Position numbers and translations under genes: made by a program. From a virus (Duplodnaviria > Heunggongvirae > Uroviricota > Caudoviricetes), in the IMG/VR virus record IMGVR_UViG_3300037453_000152: a stretch of 64,000 nucleotides of DNA, one strand, 5' to 3'. Below are positions 14,279 through 27,261 of this stretch, one piece after another (within the stretch, counting starts at the first letter, position 1; every line of letters begins with the position of its first letter). The notes under the pieces are model-generated. The model saw only the letters and a list, made by a program, of their open reading frames with translations. It did not search any database and was not told the DNA's origin.

Positions 14279-17020
14279 TTAAGTAGATGGATTTGCAGTA
14301 AAGCTACCCCATTCTAAATTAACAGTATAAGTAGAACCACTATTTGTAATCTTTAAATTATCGGATCTAACAGTAAATGCAGAGTTGGAAACATCATTAT
14401 TACCCTTGCGAAGTTTAATAGTAAATTGGTCATTTGATGCATTTCCAATATTTAAAGAATAGCTTGGGAGTTTGAAATTCGTTACTTTATATTCGCTAAC
14501 ATGACCATAGCCATCAATATTCAGCGCGGTTAATGCTGATAAAGTATCATTTCCGCTTTCATCGGTTGTAAATGATGTTAAAGCAGCATTGCTTGTATAA
14601 TCACTTAAATTATTATTATTTGCAGCAGCGGCACTAAGAGCGGTATGCTTAATTTCAATTGTGCTGCCTGTGGTAGCATTTGGTGCCACAGAAACTCCGC
14701 CGCTAGAATCGCCAGCTAATGTAATAGTGCCGCCAGTAGCACTATTCCCTTCAAATAATTTAATAGCAGTGCCATATGTGCCAGTATTATCCGGCGATGT
14801 GTTGTTAGCTAATTTATATACTGTAGCAGTTGGTAAAGTGTACTAATTTGTAGTAACTCCAGTAATGTGTCCTTGAGCATTAACTGTAATTGTCGGAATA
14901 TTAAATTTGTTACCATCTGTATATGAACCAGCCCCTAAACTAGAGGTTTGACCTGCTCCATATGTGCCAGCAGTTACGCCAGAATTGTCGTGATTAAAAG
15001 CGACTTTAAAGGTATTACCCTCTGTAGCAATGTCACCAGAAGGTGTTATTGAGGTTCCACTAATAAACTAAATAGTCTTGACATCTGTATTATTAGTAGT
15101 ATTACGAAGTGTGATTTGATTAGTACCATTTGTTGTCAAAGTATAATTTGTATCAACATCGTCTCCAGAAGGAACATATGTCCAGTTTACTGCACCCTAT
15201 ATTACTCCTGAATTTTCATAATATGTTCCAATGTTAGCAACCACTGGAGAAGTTACTTTTGTATAAATATATGGAGCATCCTATGAACGAGTATAATAAG
15301 TTTTTGCACCATTGAGGGCTGTGTCCGTGGTTAATTTATACTCGTCCCCTGCGGCAATAAACAAATCGCCGTCTTCAACATCGTTAACTTTCTCATAATA
15401 AGTATTTAAACTTCCTACTACTGGGGTACCAACCTTAGTAAAAGTAGTTCCTGATAATGTGTAGTAATCTTTATTGTTTACAATTGATACGTCAGACGTT
15501 TTTGTATAAATAGGATCTCCACTAGAACTAACCAAGTAAGTATCACCAACTTGAACATTTTCAGTTGGTAAGGTTAGTGTTCCTCCACCATCGGTTGTGC
15601 CGACTACGCCCTTATAAACCATGGCATTGGCGCCCTATAGAGCCTGCTCAATTCTTGCATCAACGCCTGCAGCGCTGTAGAAAGTTCCAAGACTACCCTG
15701 ATTATAAACCGTATTTTCAGTTCCATCAACAGTAATTTTATGGAAGACACTTTGAGTTCCAGTAACTACAGTCGCATTATTTTGACCTGTTAAAACAATA
15801 TGACCAGTATTATCAACACTGGCATCTTTAATACCAGATAATGTAACTTCTGTTTCATCAACTGCTGTAATATGACCATAGGCATCTTTCTTAAAAGTGG
15901 GAATTTTAATAGTTGAAGCAGTGCTGCCATTTAAAATCTTAGTTACGGCGTGGTTTGTTCCAACCTCTCCATACTAATCATCAACATTATTAGTCTATGT
16001 TGCTGCGCCAGGAGCATCATGATTAATAGTAATTCCAGTAGTATCACTTGTATCAATGCTTAAATGATTACCTGCTGTAATATTAATAGTGCTTTGATCA
16101 TTGTTACCCTTGCGCAATTTAATAGAGCCTGCACTAGCACTAGGAGTGCCAACTGCAAGACCATATCCAGGAGTACTAACGATAATTTCATTAGTAGAAG
16201 AAGTAGAAATGGTAACATTATCGCTACCTTTTAATTTTACAGTATGACCGTTACTAACACCGCCATCTACTGAAATCGTGCTTGAATTCTCGCTTGCATT
16301 AGTTCTAGTAAGGCCTGCACTAACGCTAAGAACGCTAGCAATGTCAGAAGAATTTATATCAAACGTTGCAGTAACAGGTGTTTGCGCAACGTCGCCAGTA
16401 TGATTATTACCCGCTGTTTCATCATGTTTACTTTGATTAATTGTCAAAGTATATCTAATACTTGTTGGTTCATAATATGTTCCAATATTATCAACAATTG
16501 GATTTGCAACTGCGATATAATCGGTTCCATCTTGCACATAATAAGTTTTACCATCAACAATTACACTATCACTTGTTTCAGAGTATATTGTTGCACTTGA
16601 AACAGAAGCAGTATTCACTGAGGTATTTGTATTTGTATTTGGGTTAATCTATACCCAACCTTTAGTTGAGCCGCTATAAATACAAAGAATATTATCGTTA
16701 GTAATATAGTAAAACTCGCCGGCGTTAGCATTTGATGGCAAGTCACCAACATTTAAAACATTCTAAATGCCTTCATTAACTGGGATAGGAATTGTCTTTG
16801 TTTCAAAAGTTCCAGTAACTGTGCTATCTGCCGTTACAGTTCTACCAATATATAATCTATGCGTATCAGTAGTTAGGTAAAAAGTACCTTCTACTGCGCC
16901 TCCGCTTTGAATTAAGGTGTTTAAATCGCCCTATAAACCAGAGGTGAAGCCTAAATGCGCACCATTTAAATTATTAGTATTGGTAAAAGTATATCTATTA
17001 TTTTCTGGTGTTGTAGGCAT
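14279..17020 (-). CDS. Tail fibre protein, 913 aa (code 15)
   Basis: Fragments 15995-16618, 15281-15622 and 14279-14689 share a frame with ATG 17020. Motifs FYLTTDTHRLYIG, repeated GH(V/I)T and AMVYKGVVG. Confidence 0.7.
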
Positions 17021-17037
17021 TTTTATTTCTCCTTTCC

Positions 17038-18069
17038 TTATTCATCATTTATTTCTTGCCACTATAAACGCTCAGACAAATCTGTAATATTCTCGTTTAT
17101 AGTATTAATTTCTTCAACCAAAGTAGTATTGCCGGAAGATAAAATTAATGAATTTAAATCTCCAACTTTATTTTCCAAGAAACTAACTTTACTAATTAAT
17201 CCAGGAGTTGTTACTCCCCCAGATGTTGTTCCATATAAAACATCATTTAAACTTCCAACAGTATTCTAAAAAACAGAGTCGGTGACATAGTCTGTTAAAT
17301 CTACATCACCAATAGTTCCAATTTTTTCTAATTCTCCAGAAATTACCAAAAATTCTTCATACTAATCGGTTGAATCTATAGAATCTTCTAATGGAACCAT
17401 GTAAATAACACTTTCACTTGCTGTTCCATTAGCAAGAAGAGTTTGCAAATCAAGTCTAGAAATAATCTATCTTGAAACATTTCCTGCGCCAATAGTAGAC
17501 CATTCAATACTGCCAGCCGCAGTTTTTACTGGAATTGTGCCAACCTGGGCTTGCGTAATTCCAGTTATAGTAATTAAATTATTATTAACATCAAAAACAT
17601 TTGGATCAAAATTCGGGAAATTAATAGCTGTCCAAGTTCCATCTCCGCGTAAAAACTTTACCTAATCTCCAGCATGAGGAACTGGCACTAAACCAGCCGC
17701 GCCATCGTCATTAGCTGTTGCTCCTGTAAATGTTCCAACAGTAGAAGCAATTATTGTGGATAAACTAACATTTTCCCATCTTTCTGTTGTTTCATTATAA
17801 ACCAAGAACTATTTATCTGCCAAAGTCGAATCGTCAATGTAAATATCTCCAATATCATTTATATTAACAACGCCGCCAGAGCCTCCACCCTCGCCAACGC
17901 CACTAATTAATTTCTATCCAAGATATAATTGACCTTCATCTGAATGTTCTGCAGACTCATAAACAAAGTATAATGTATCGTTATCAATTTTATTCGGTGT
18001 TAATAGTAATCGTTGCCAAGCGGCTATTGAACCCCTAAAAAATTTAACATAATGAACGTTAGGATTCAT
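17038..18069 (-). CDS. Tail fibre-like protein, 343 aa (code 15; absent from the standard-code track)
   Basis: SD GGAAAGGAGAG, ATG 18069, TAA 17038. Contains GLVPVP..KFLRGDGTW, a motif typical of fibre proteins. Confidence 0.62.
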
Positions 18070-18127
18070 TTATTTCTCTCCTTTCCTCACAAATTCTTTG
18101 TCATAAAATATAAAAATCAAATAAAAA

Positions 18128-18166
18128 AAATTACTCTCATTTGCCCAAAAGGAATGAGAGTAATTT
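18128..18166 (-). terminator. Intrinsic terminator-like hairpin after the 21155 gene
   Basis: AAATTACTCTCATT / AATGAGAGTAATTT inverted repeat flanked by A/T runs. Confidence 0.55.
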
Positions 18167-18179
18167 TTTATAATATTTT

Positions 18180-21155
18180 TTAAGAGTTAACTAAATTTTC
18201 TAATTGTTGAATTGTTATTTGACTAACATCAATCTAACCAAAGTCATTTATAAATAAAATTCTGTTTGGAACCAGATTCATATTAAATGACGTTAATAAA
18301 TCCTTAACAGAATTTAATGAACCATTAACCGAACCCACATCTCTTGTTCCAACATCATCAGTATCAAGTAATTCATTCAACCTTAACAACGAACCATTTA
18401 TAGAAGACTATCCATTATTAATCCCGGTCAATTCATAGGCTTTTTTAACTTTTTCTCTGGTAGCTAAAGTAACCGAAGCAGGGACGTAAATAGATTGTTC
18501 CGCCCATTCAAAACCATATGGCCACCGTTGAGTAACATCATCTATAACATACAAAGCAATTCCTTTATAATAATGTTCATGTGTCATTGTAATAGCAGAA
18601 TCTATCTAATAAATATCATTTGAATTTTTATAATAATATTTTTCAGCTTCATAGAATGGCAATGGTAACGCTTCAACATCATGTAAAGAATAATATGTAT
18701 AGCTCGCTCCTCCAAAGTCATTGGCTATGAAATATCCATTAATTCTCTTGTCATAATATAATCCAGGAATGAAGAAAGAAGAAACAGAAGTCACACCGGT
18801 TAATTGATACCAGCTATATTCAATATCTAAATCTTCAATATCTTCCAATGAAACATAAGTATTGTCATTTATTAACGCATAAACCTAATCAGATGTTACA
18901 TTAGTTGGCCAAAATAGATTTACTCTTGTTCTATTCTACTCGTCTAAAGGATGACCAACAACAATCTAACCATTGCTATCTTGAACCTAAATAACCTCAT
19001 CAGACAATGGAATTTTCCAATATTTTCTTGACGCAGGAAAATCATTATTTCTATAATCTCTTGTATCTAATATCGGAACATCAGTTGGATTATCTGCGTT
19101 ACTGGCATAATAATAATAACATGATGGTCTATATAATAAACTATTTTCCTATGATAGTTCATTAGGTGTAAAAGAATAGTATGTTTTTGTTGTATCCGGA
19201 AGTTCGCTATCTTCTCTTATATATGTATTTCCATCTTTAGTATAAAAACCGCCAGCAACATAGGCGCGCTCAAAAGTATGCTAAATTTCATTTGCACTAC
19301 TAATGGTATAATAAGGAATTGTATACGACATTGGCACCTCTGGGGTACCATCAAGAATATAATCATTATTCTATTTATAATAATATGTGTTTTGTTCATA
19401 AGGAATTAAAGCAACCTCTTCAAACTTTTTTGTAGAAATGTTTTTTCTATAAAAAACTTGGGTTGGCTCATAATGATTATATCCATAGGAGGCCATAATA
19501 TAGTTCCCATTAGAATAAGTATAAAAATTATTCGGCTCATATTCATACGAAGTTAATGTACCAATATTTTCATAACTTATATTCTTTCTAAAATATTCTG
19601 TTGAACTGTTATATGAATTTGCTAAGGTATATTCATTATTATTATAGGTATAATAATCTCCTAAAGCAAATTCTTCAGTGGTAATTTGTCCAACAGATTC
19701 ATATTCTGGGACTTCTGTATAATTATAACCATATCCAATTCTATAATAAATAGTTGTTCCATCGGCAGGGGAAGTATAAGCATAAATATATGAAGTATCA
19801 AAACTTGCTAAATCAACACCATCTCCAAGAGGAGAACTTGTTTTGATTATATTCTATCCAAGTCTATCCTAAAATACATTTATTAATCCAGCAACAGTAT
19901 TTAAATCTCTAGTTTTTCCATTTAATAGTGGATTACCAGTTTCTTTATAACTATTATTTCCGTCATACCATACAGTATCTAACTTTCTATCTATTCCATA
20001 AAAAGCATCATAAAAATCACTTAATAAATTTCCAATAATAGGAAGATGAATAGCAAGCTCATAAGTATCAATGGTGATTTCTTCCCCGTTTTCATTATAA
20101 TAAACTTTACCACTCTCACCCGTTGGAGTGATTAAAATTTCATTAGGAGTAGTATTATCATAATTACGAGTTACTTTAATTGCACCATTTTTATTAAAAT
20201 AAATTTCAGCATTTATTTGTCTATTTACCATTTCTGTAATAGTATTATTAGAATCATACCCATAATAAGTCTAAATTATCTGCTAGTCTGATAAAGGATA
20301 TATAGTCTAATTCTCACTATTTACCTAAGACTCTGCTTCCTTTATTCTAAAACCCCAATGTGAAGGAGTGTGAATTCTATATAAAGCATCAGTGCTCTTA
20401 TTATCAATATAAGCTGCGCTCGGCTGCGCCGATGGCGCATCTGGATAAAGTTCAATCGCAGGAATCATACCATTCAAATGCGCAATTAGAATAAATTTAC
20501 CATTACCCTCACTATAAATCTTTTGCCAAACAGTAGCATCATAACCCCTGTTATCAAAATCATTACCATAATTAGATTTATCAATGTAATAATTCTAATA
20601 ATAAGCTGGAACATTATCTCCAGAAATTGTAAATTCTTCAAAATTTGCAATTTGTCCAACTGTATTGGTAGCAGAACAAATATAGAAATTAGAAGTTATA
20701 TTTCCTGTACTATCTCTTCCTCTAATTACCTAATTTACATATGTAACATTTGAACTTAATGCTACCGCTGTATAATAATTATGTTCAGATGAATCAAAAG
20801 CATTTGCGGAAGGAAGTTTATAATATTGCTCGCTTGAATTACTGAAAACTCTTTTTAAAAAATATTTGTCCCAATTATTAGCAACTGGATTATTACCAAC
20901 AGCCTAAAAAGTTGTAAAAACAAAAGGATACTGGTGACTAGCATCAGAATACATGTGTCCATCACTATAATATCCAGCTGGAATATCATTTGTGAAAAAA
21001 TCTTCATCTGAATACTTTACTAGAACAAATCTTCCAGAGAAAACATTATCGGTTCCAGCTAGAACAGCCTAATCCATCGCGTAACGATTAGGGAATCGCG
21101 CATCAAACTAAAAATGCGTTCTTGTTGTATCTGTAATATTTCCAAAAAATCCCAT
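18180..21155 (-). CDS. Large virion structural (tail/baseplate) protein, 991 aa (code 15)
   Basis: ATG 21155 (MGFFGNITD...) is in frame with fragments 19869-20231 and 18606-18848. Tyr-rich YY repeats. TAA at 18180. Confidence 0.6.
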
Positions 21156-21158
21156 ATA

Positions 21159-21497
21159 TTATTCTCCTCCCCCCATGTAAGCAATATCTACAATGAGTAT
21201 TAAATTAGAAGAATCAACTCTGTCAATACTATCACCATCAAATCTTAAATGATTAATTGACCCACCTTCGGTAAAATTCAATTCAAACAATCCTGTAAAT
21301 CCAATGATTACAGGAAGGTCATTGTGATTAATATAAAATTTTGTTCCAGGAGGCCCTTGAATACCAAGTTGAGTAATAGGAACATATTCATTAAAGATTG
21401 ACCCGCTTGTTAAAGCGTCCTTATCAATAATAGCATTAGGATAATTATGGTTAGATTGCGGATTACAATAAATAAATTGCTTAAATAATTGAACCAT
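21159..21497 (-). CDS. Hypothetical virion-module protein, 112 aa
   Basis: Intact ORF with no TAG, tightly packed between neighbours, ends in TAA. Confidence 0.65.
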   Translation of the reverse strand: MVQLFKQFIYCNPQSNHNYPNAIIDKDALTSGSIFNEYVPITQLGIQGPPGTKFYINHNDLPVIIGFTGLFELNFTEGGSINHLRFDGDSIDRVDSSNLILIVDIAYMGGGE

Positions 21498-21518
21498 TTC
21501 CCTTTATCATCCTTTCTA

Positions 21519-24368
21519 TTAATATAATCTTTCTGGGGCTTTAACTGCGCTAATTGACATTGTTCCATTATAGGCCAATGGAATAGTTAATTTACTAACA
21601 ATATATTCCCCATTAATTTTAGTATGTTCATCGTGAACATAAATACGAGTGTTTGGCTATAAATGATAAACAGGAATAGATGTTAAACTAACACTCTCAA
21701 TACAATAAGAATACTGATATAATAGTTCATCTATTTTGTTTTTAGCACTTACGCTGCGATAACTCATTGTTAAATACTGCGAAAAACCATTTGGAGTATG
21801 AACCCAAGTATATCCTGTCTCAGCATCTAACTTACTTCTTAAATTTTCAATATCATTCTCGGTATCATAAAGAATAATATCTGGAATCTCTTTAAAGATA
21901 ATAGCACTCACTTTATCATCATTAACCACTTTTGTCCTATCGCCAACTTGCGCGACAGCGAATTGCTACAATTCTTCTCCATCATCTAAAAACTCAATCC
22001 AGAAGTTAAGGGTTTCAGGATGGTCAAAAACATCAATATTCCAATAGAGTCTTGGATCATCCTCTTCAACAAAGTAGTTAGAATATGTTTGAAGCAAATC
22101 ATCATATGTTTCATTAAGTCCCCATATAGATAACAACTAGCTTCTTGGAACAAAATATTCAATCTACAAATCTGTTAAATATTTATTGGCATCGTGCCAC
22201 TTTTTAACTCTTTTATAATAAATATAATCAGTTGACGCGATTTCATCGCTATAATATCCGGCCGCATACACCGGTTTATGAATGTAATCCGGGTCATACA
22301 GTTGACGCCAAAAGCCTTCCATATCAGTATAATACTACTCGTAGCCGGTATATCCTGTTGGAAATCTCTCTGGATTTAATTGCGCGATTGCGTATAGGTA
22401 GTGGTCAGGGCTGGTGATGCTCTGTCTTGTTCCAGCCATATCGTAATAATAAACCGGAGATTGAGTAGAACATCCTTGTCCCTAAAAAGTATCTATTGCC
22501 ATTCTATAAATTAATTCTCGCCAGTCAACTAATCTTGCCCTATCAGAATTATTATTTAGCAGAGTTCTCAAATTCTAACTTTTAGCAGAATCATCTTTTG
22601 TATAATACAAAACACCATTAAAAGCATAATATTCTGTTGGCTTGGTGTCAATTGCGTAGCGCGCGTGTATAGGAACCTGCGCCCCGGCCGCAGTCTATCT
22701 GCTTCCCCAAACAATAAAATCATTTCGCAGATTATTTAAAGCAGGAGAATTTTGAATTGCACTAATTAATCTATTGCCTTCAAAGTTAAAAGAAAATTTC
22801 TTTCTTTCATTAGCATAAGTAATATATTTTTCGTTTTCATTAGTTACAAACTAACTCCAAGCGACATTAACATAAGTGCGCTTTCTCTAAAAAACAAAAC
22901 GACCATCAATATCGTAAAAATACTCATAATCACCAAGCATCGCTTTTATTTTATCAAGAATAGCTGTTAAACTATCTCCAACGCTACTAACTAAATCCCC
23001 AGGATACGTTAAATCTGTTACTCTATATCCAATATCATCACCATATTGTATTAGAGCAATAGTATATAATTTATTTGGGACTGGATCTTCTTCCCCAGTA
23101 AACAATTTATACTTTTTATTGTCATTATAGTCAATATAAATTGCGGTTGGATTATTATTCATAGTTTCTGATGTAAGACTATCAAATACAAAATCTCCAG
23201 CTGAAACCTGTTTAGTTTCAGCATTATAATTTATTAAAAATCCCTCGCAGTTATTATTATTAAACTTATCAACAAACATATAATTAACAAAATGCCCCGT
23301 ATCATTATCTCTAAATGCTACCAAAGGCTTATCGCCTTTATATGTTAACTACTCCAAACCATAATCTTCTAAGTCGTTTATAATAATATTATGATATGGC
23401 TCTTTAGCATAAGTATGAACAGATTCTCTTATAATTTCATCTATTTTTAATTTCTTAACATCATACTCATAATTAATTTCATATAATGTTCTTAACATAT
23501 AATAAGTTCTATCTGGGTCTGCGCTATTCGCAGTATCAAGTAGATAATAATCTTCATACTTTTCATAATAATAAGTTCCAGAAGAATAAGTTGTATCATT
23601 TGGTTTAAGAACAAACAAATCAGATGGATTTAATACAGCCTAATAAATTTTATATTTATTACCAATATACTCTTGGCCATTAATCATCTTCCTATAAGTA
23701 TCTCCGTCTCTGTAATACTATCCAAGAGTATCAATAGCTAAGGAATAAACTAAATCATCTTTGTGAACAAATTCTGGAATATCGTTATCATCTGGAATAA
23801 AATAATATTTTCTTGCGATTAAAATATCGGATGATGCATTTGTGGCAGAAGCCTCTGTAAATATTTTATTCTAAAACTCTTCTGTCCCAAAATCTATAGA
23901 AGCAAATAACTATCCACCCAAATCGCCATTTAGCATACACATTTTATCTTTTCCAGAAATTGAAATAGAACAACTATTTGTTGAAATTGATGTATTAAAA
24001 CTTGAAATTACAAAAGTTCCTTGTTTAAACCAAACAATATCTGGATATATATTACTTGGGGCATATTGATTATTTAAATTATTCCTTAATCCAATTTCCA
24101 ATTTAAATTTAGTTTTTATGCCCCAGTAATAATCATTAACATCAACTTCATTCGTAGTCATACTTAAACTACAAGTTCTTCTAACAGAAGAATCGCCATC
24201 TAAATTAATACTACCAGATGTAACTTTTCCTTCAATGTAATCAATTGGTAATTCATTAATATCTAATGAAGCAATACGCGCGTAAATCTCATGTTCTTTT
24301 TGTTCTATAAGTGCGCTTAAAAAATTTTCATCCAAAAGAGATAAATCATAAACTTCGTTTTGCCACAT
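21519..24368 (-). CDS. Tail/baseplate hub-like protein (DUF5048-like), 949 aa (code 15)
   Basis: Four fragments in one frame. N-terminal IEGKVTSGSINLDGDSSVRRTCSL and C-terminal IPVYHLQPNTRI..EYIVSKLTIPL. TAA at 21519. Confidence 0.58.
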
Positions 24369-24383
24369 TTACATTCATCTCCT

Positions 24384-26987
24384 TTAACTTATCGGTAATG
24401 GCTTATACTAAGTGGTCTTTTCCTAATAAGCGCAATCTAAATAGAAATGACAACTAAACTTGATAGTTTTATAATAACTATTATCAAAATTTAAAGTTGG
24501 AATTTCATTAAACGTTGAAACATTATCATTTTCATCAATTAAAACAATTTCTTTTGTGCTGCTAAAATTGTTCGTTGAATCATTAATAACAACAGGGTCT
24601 CCATTATAATCTGTCAATGAAACAAGATGATCTTCATCGTCAACCATCATCATATTCCACGTAGAAGTAGTTGTCCATACTTTATACAATGAGCCTCTAT
24701 CAAATACTGATAACTTCTAATTATGAAGCAACTAGCCATTGTCAACCTCATGGTCATAATACTCTGAATTATATAAAGTAATATCTTTAACCGCTTTATC
24801 ATGGAAATTAATTGTATAAAACTTTAACACTTGAGTTTCTGTTGTTGTGTAAGTTTCATTTTCATTATCTAATTCTGTTTCAGTATGTAAAGCAGTATCA
24901 ATAATTTGCGGAGTTGTATAAGAAGCAATAATATTTTTAGAATAGACTTTATCAATATTCAAGAAATCACCAACTCTAATTTCTCTGCTTTGATATTTAT
25001 AAGTAATAACTGTATCACCAAAAATACTTAATAAAGTGGCTTTATCAACTTCATTAGAATAATCCGCGCCGCGGATATATAAATCATCAAATGACATACC
25101 AGGACTTTCCAAAGTAAGTCTGTCGGTTGTCACGGCAAATGGAGTATCTAACCCAGAACTCAAAATTGGAGTAGCATTATTCTAAATTCCAGATAAGTTA
25201 ATAGAAAGATATGAATAAATTGGATAACTATTAATCTTTATTAAAGACAAGTCTTCAGCATTATTTATCAAATCTTTCACCATAACACTAGCCATTCCTT
25301 CATAAGGCTCTTCAATTTCATCTGTATTAATAAAACCAAGACTTACAAGATTAGCATAAGTTAATTCTTCCATTTCATAAGCCGTTGCCTAGAAATTATG
25401 AAGCATGCGCCCGAGCTTATCCTCCGGCGTAAGCGAGATATTCATCAACCTGACCAGATAATTGCCCTCGGCCGCAGACTTAAATAACTTAATTTCTCCA
25501 TTCCCGAGCCACTCAAGCAACTTCATCTTAAACCTGCGCTCGGCGCGCATGTTATATCCAACAGAATCAAGAGTTTGAGAGATTTCCCAAGATTTGTTTC
25601 CAACTCCATTAATTTCTACATCACTGACGTCCTAATCTACTGGAGTGCCCAATCTTCTGGCGTTAGGCCCAAGAATAATGTTTAAATCTTCCGCATGATT
25701 TAAAAATAATTCATTATCGTCTGCCAAATAAGAAATTAAACCTCCAATTGGAAATTCCTTATAATCAATAACACCATTTCTAAAAATAAACGGATAACGA
25801 CTTCCAATTGTATCCATTTTCTACTCCATGTGATTAGCCTTAAAGGATGATACTTTTGGATTAAATCTAATTTTTATCTGCTTCTTTCCGTCCCAAAGGA
25901 ACATATCTTCAAAATCTGCTTCAACTCTCTATGAAACAGAGCGGCCAGAGAACACATTATTAGAACCATATTGTCTAAAACTATATAAATATTTAACACC
26001 CTATTCAATTGTAAAATCTCTAAACGTTGTGCTTAATATACTATCGTAATCAGTAAAATAGAATTTCTTTAACACATTCCAGGTGTAAAGTGTTAAACTT
26101 TCGGTGTCAATCGGCCCATTGCCGACTTCCGCACGACTAATTTCTACTGATACGCTATTTTCTAATACAGGTAAAACATCATTCTCATTTTGTTTTGAGA
26201 AAGTAAGTTTTACATATCCATCATCAAAAACATTTTCAGCGTTAAGCTAAATCAACAACGGAGAAATAGTATCACTTAATTCCATACAAGGATAAAGCTA
26301 ACTATATACTTCCAAATTGTTAATTGTCTTTACGCCATACTAAATATAATATTCAATATTTTGTTTTAAAGTGGTTGTATACTAATATGTATCAATAGTT
26401 TTTTCCAATGTTAAAGCATTATTAACATTAGTGTTATGTAACTACCAACCACTAGTTTCAACGAGCTCTTTATTAGCATCGTATAGATAAAAGTTATAAG
26501 AATAAGGTCTCTCGCTTTTATCTTCTGTCGTTTCGTAAACACCCACATAAGACTATAAAAACGCAGGAGTTCCTTCTACCTAATCTGATTCGGCATCTTC
26601 AATATAAATAGTTGGTTTGCTGGTATATTTTACAACTGCCACAGTAGAAAAATACCCAGTATTATTATTCTAATCTATATATGCTAACTATACCTTTAAA
26701 TATTGACCAACTCTAACATTATCATTATCAATATTATTCCAAAGAAATTTCACAATTCTACTATTGATAAATGAACCTGTTCCAATTTCAATACTTTTTA
26801 AATCTTTTAAATGAGTATTACTCTAAGCAGTTTTTACTTTTAAAACAAACTATTTAACAGAAGAGGCTGAAACAGCCCTATTCATAGAAAATGGGACGAC
26901 AATTTCTGCCGTCCCATTTTCGCTGTAAAAGGCAGGTATAGTGCTTCCAATAGTAGGTGGATATAATTTTTCCGCTACACTTGCCAT
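24384..26987 (-). CDS. Distal-tail-region structural protein, 867 aa (code 15)
   Basis: ATG 26987 (MASVAEKLYPPTI) is in frame with four fragments. FNPKVSSFK..DTIGSRYPFIFRNG motif. TAA at 24384. Confidence 0.55.
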
Positions 26988-26993
26988 ATTTAA

Positions 26994-27197
26994 TTACTCC
27001 TCTACTACATCGTCACTGGTGCCGGCCGCAGGTGCTTGTGTTGGCATACTGCCAGCTTGCATAATCTGGGTAATAACTTGCTCCAGTGCGCGGAGGCAGT
27101 CAGCCATCACTAAAGTATCCTCACCCTTAGTGCGGATTTCTAACATTGTATTATAAATACGGCTTAACTGCTCCAATTGTTCTCTAGTAATAATCAT
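26994..27197 (-). CDS. Small hypothetical protein, 67 aa
   Basis: Intact ORF with SD AAAGGAG, ends in TAA. Confidence 0.65.
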   Translation of the reverse strand: MIITREQLEQLSRIYNTMLEIRTKGEDTLVMADCLRALEQVITQIMQAGSMPTQAPAAGTSDDVVEE

Positions 27198-27228
27198 AAT
27201 TTAAAAACTCCTTTACTCATTTTTTTAT

Positions 27229-27257
27229 ATTATAAAAAATTTTTTGACGTAAGTCAA
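27229..27257 (-). promoter_or_regulatory. sigmaA/sigma70-like promoter TTGACT-N17-TATAAT
   Basis: Near-consensus hexamers with a 17-nt spacer directly upstream of the 27197 gene. Confidence 0.65.
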
Positions 27258-27261
27258 AAAA

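Noticed and set aside
1-21155. Diversity-generating retroelement acting on fibre genes
   Set aside because: No reverse transcriptase and no template/variable repeat pair was seen in the window.
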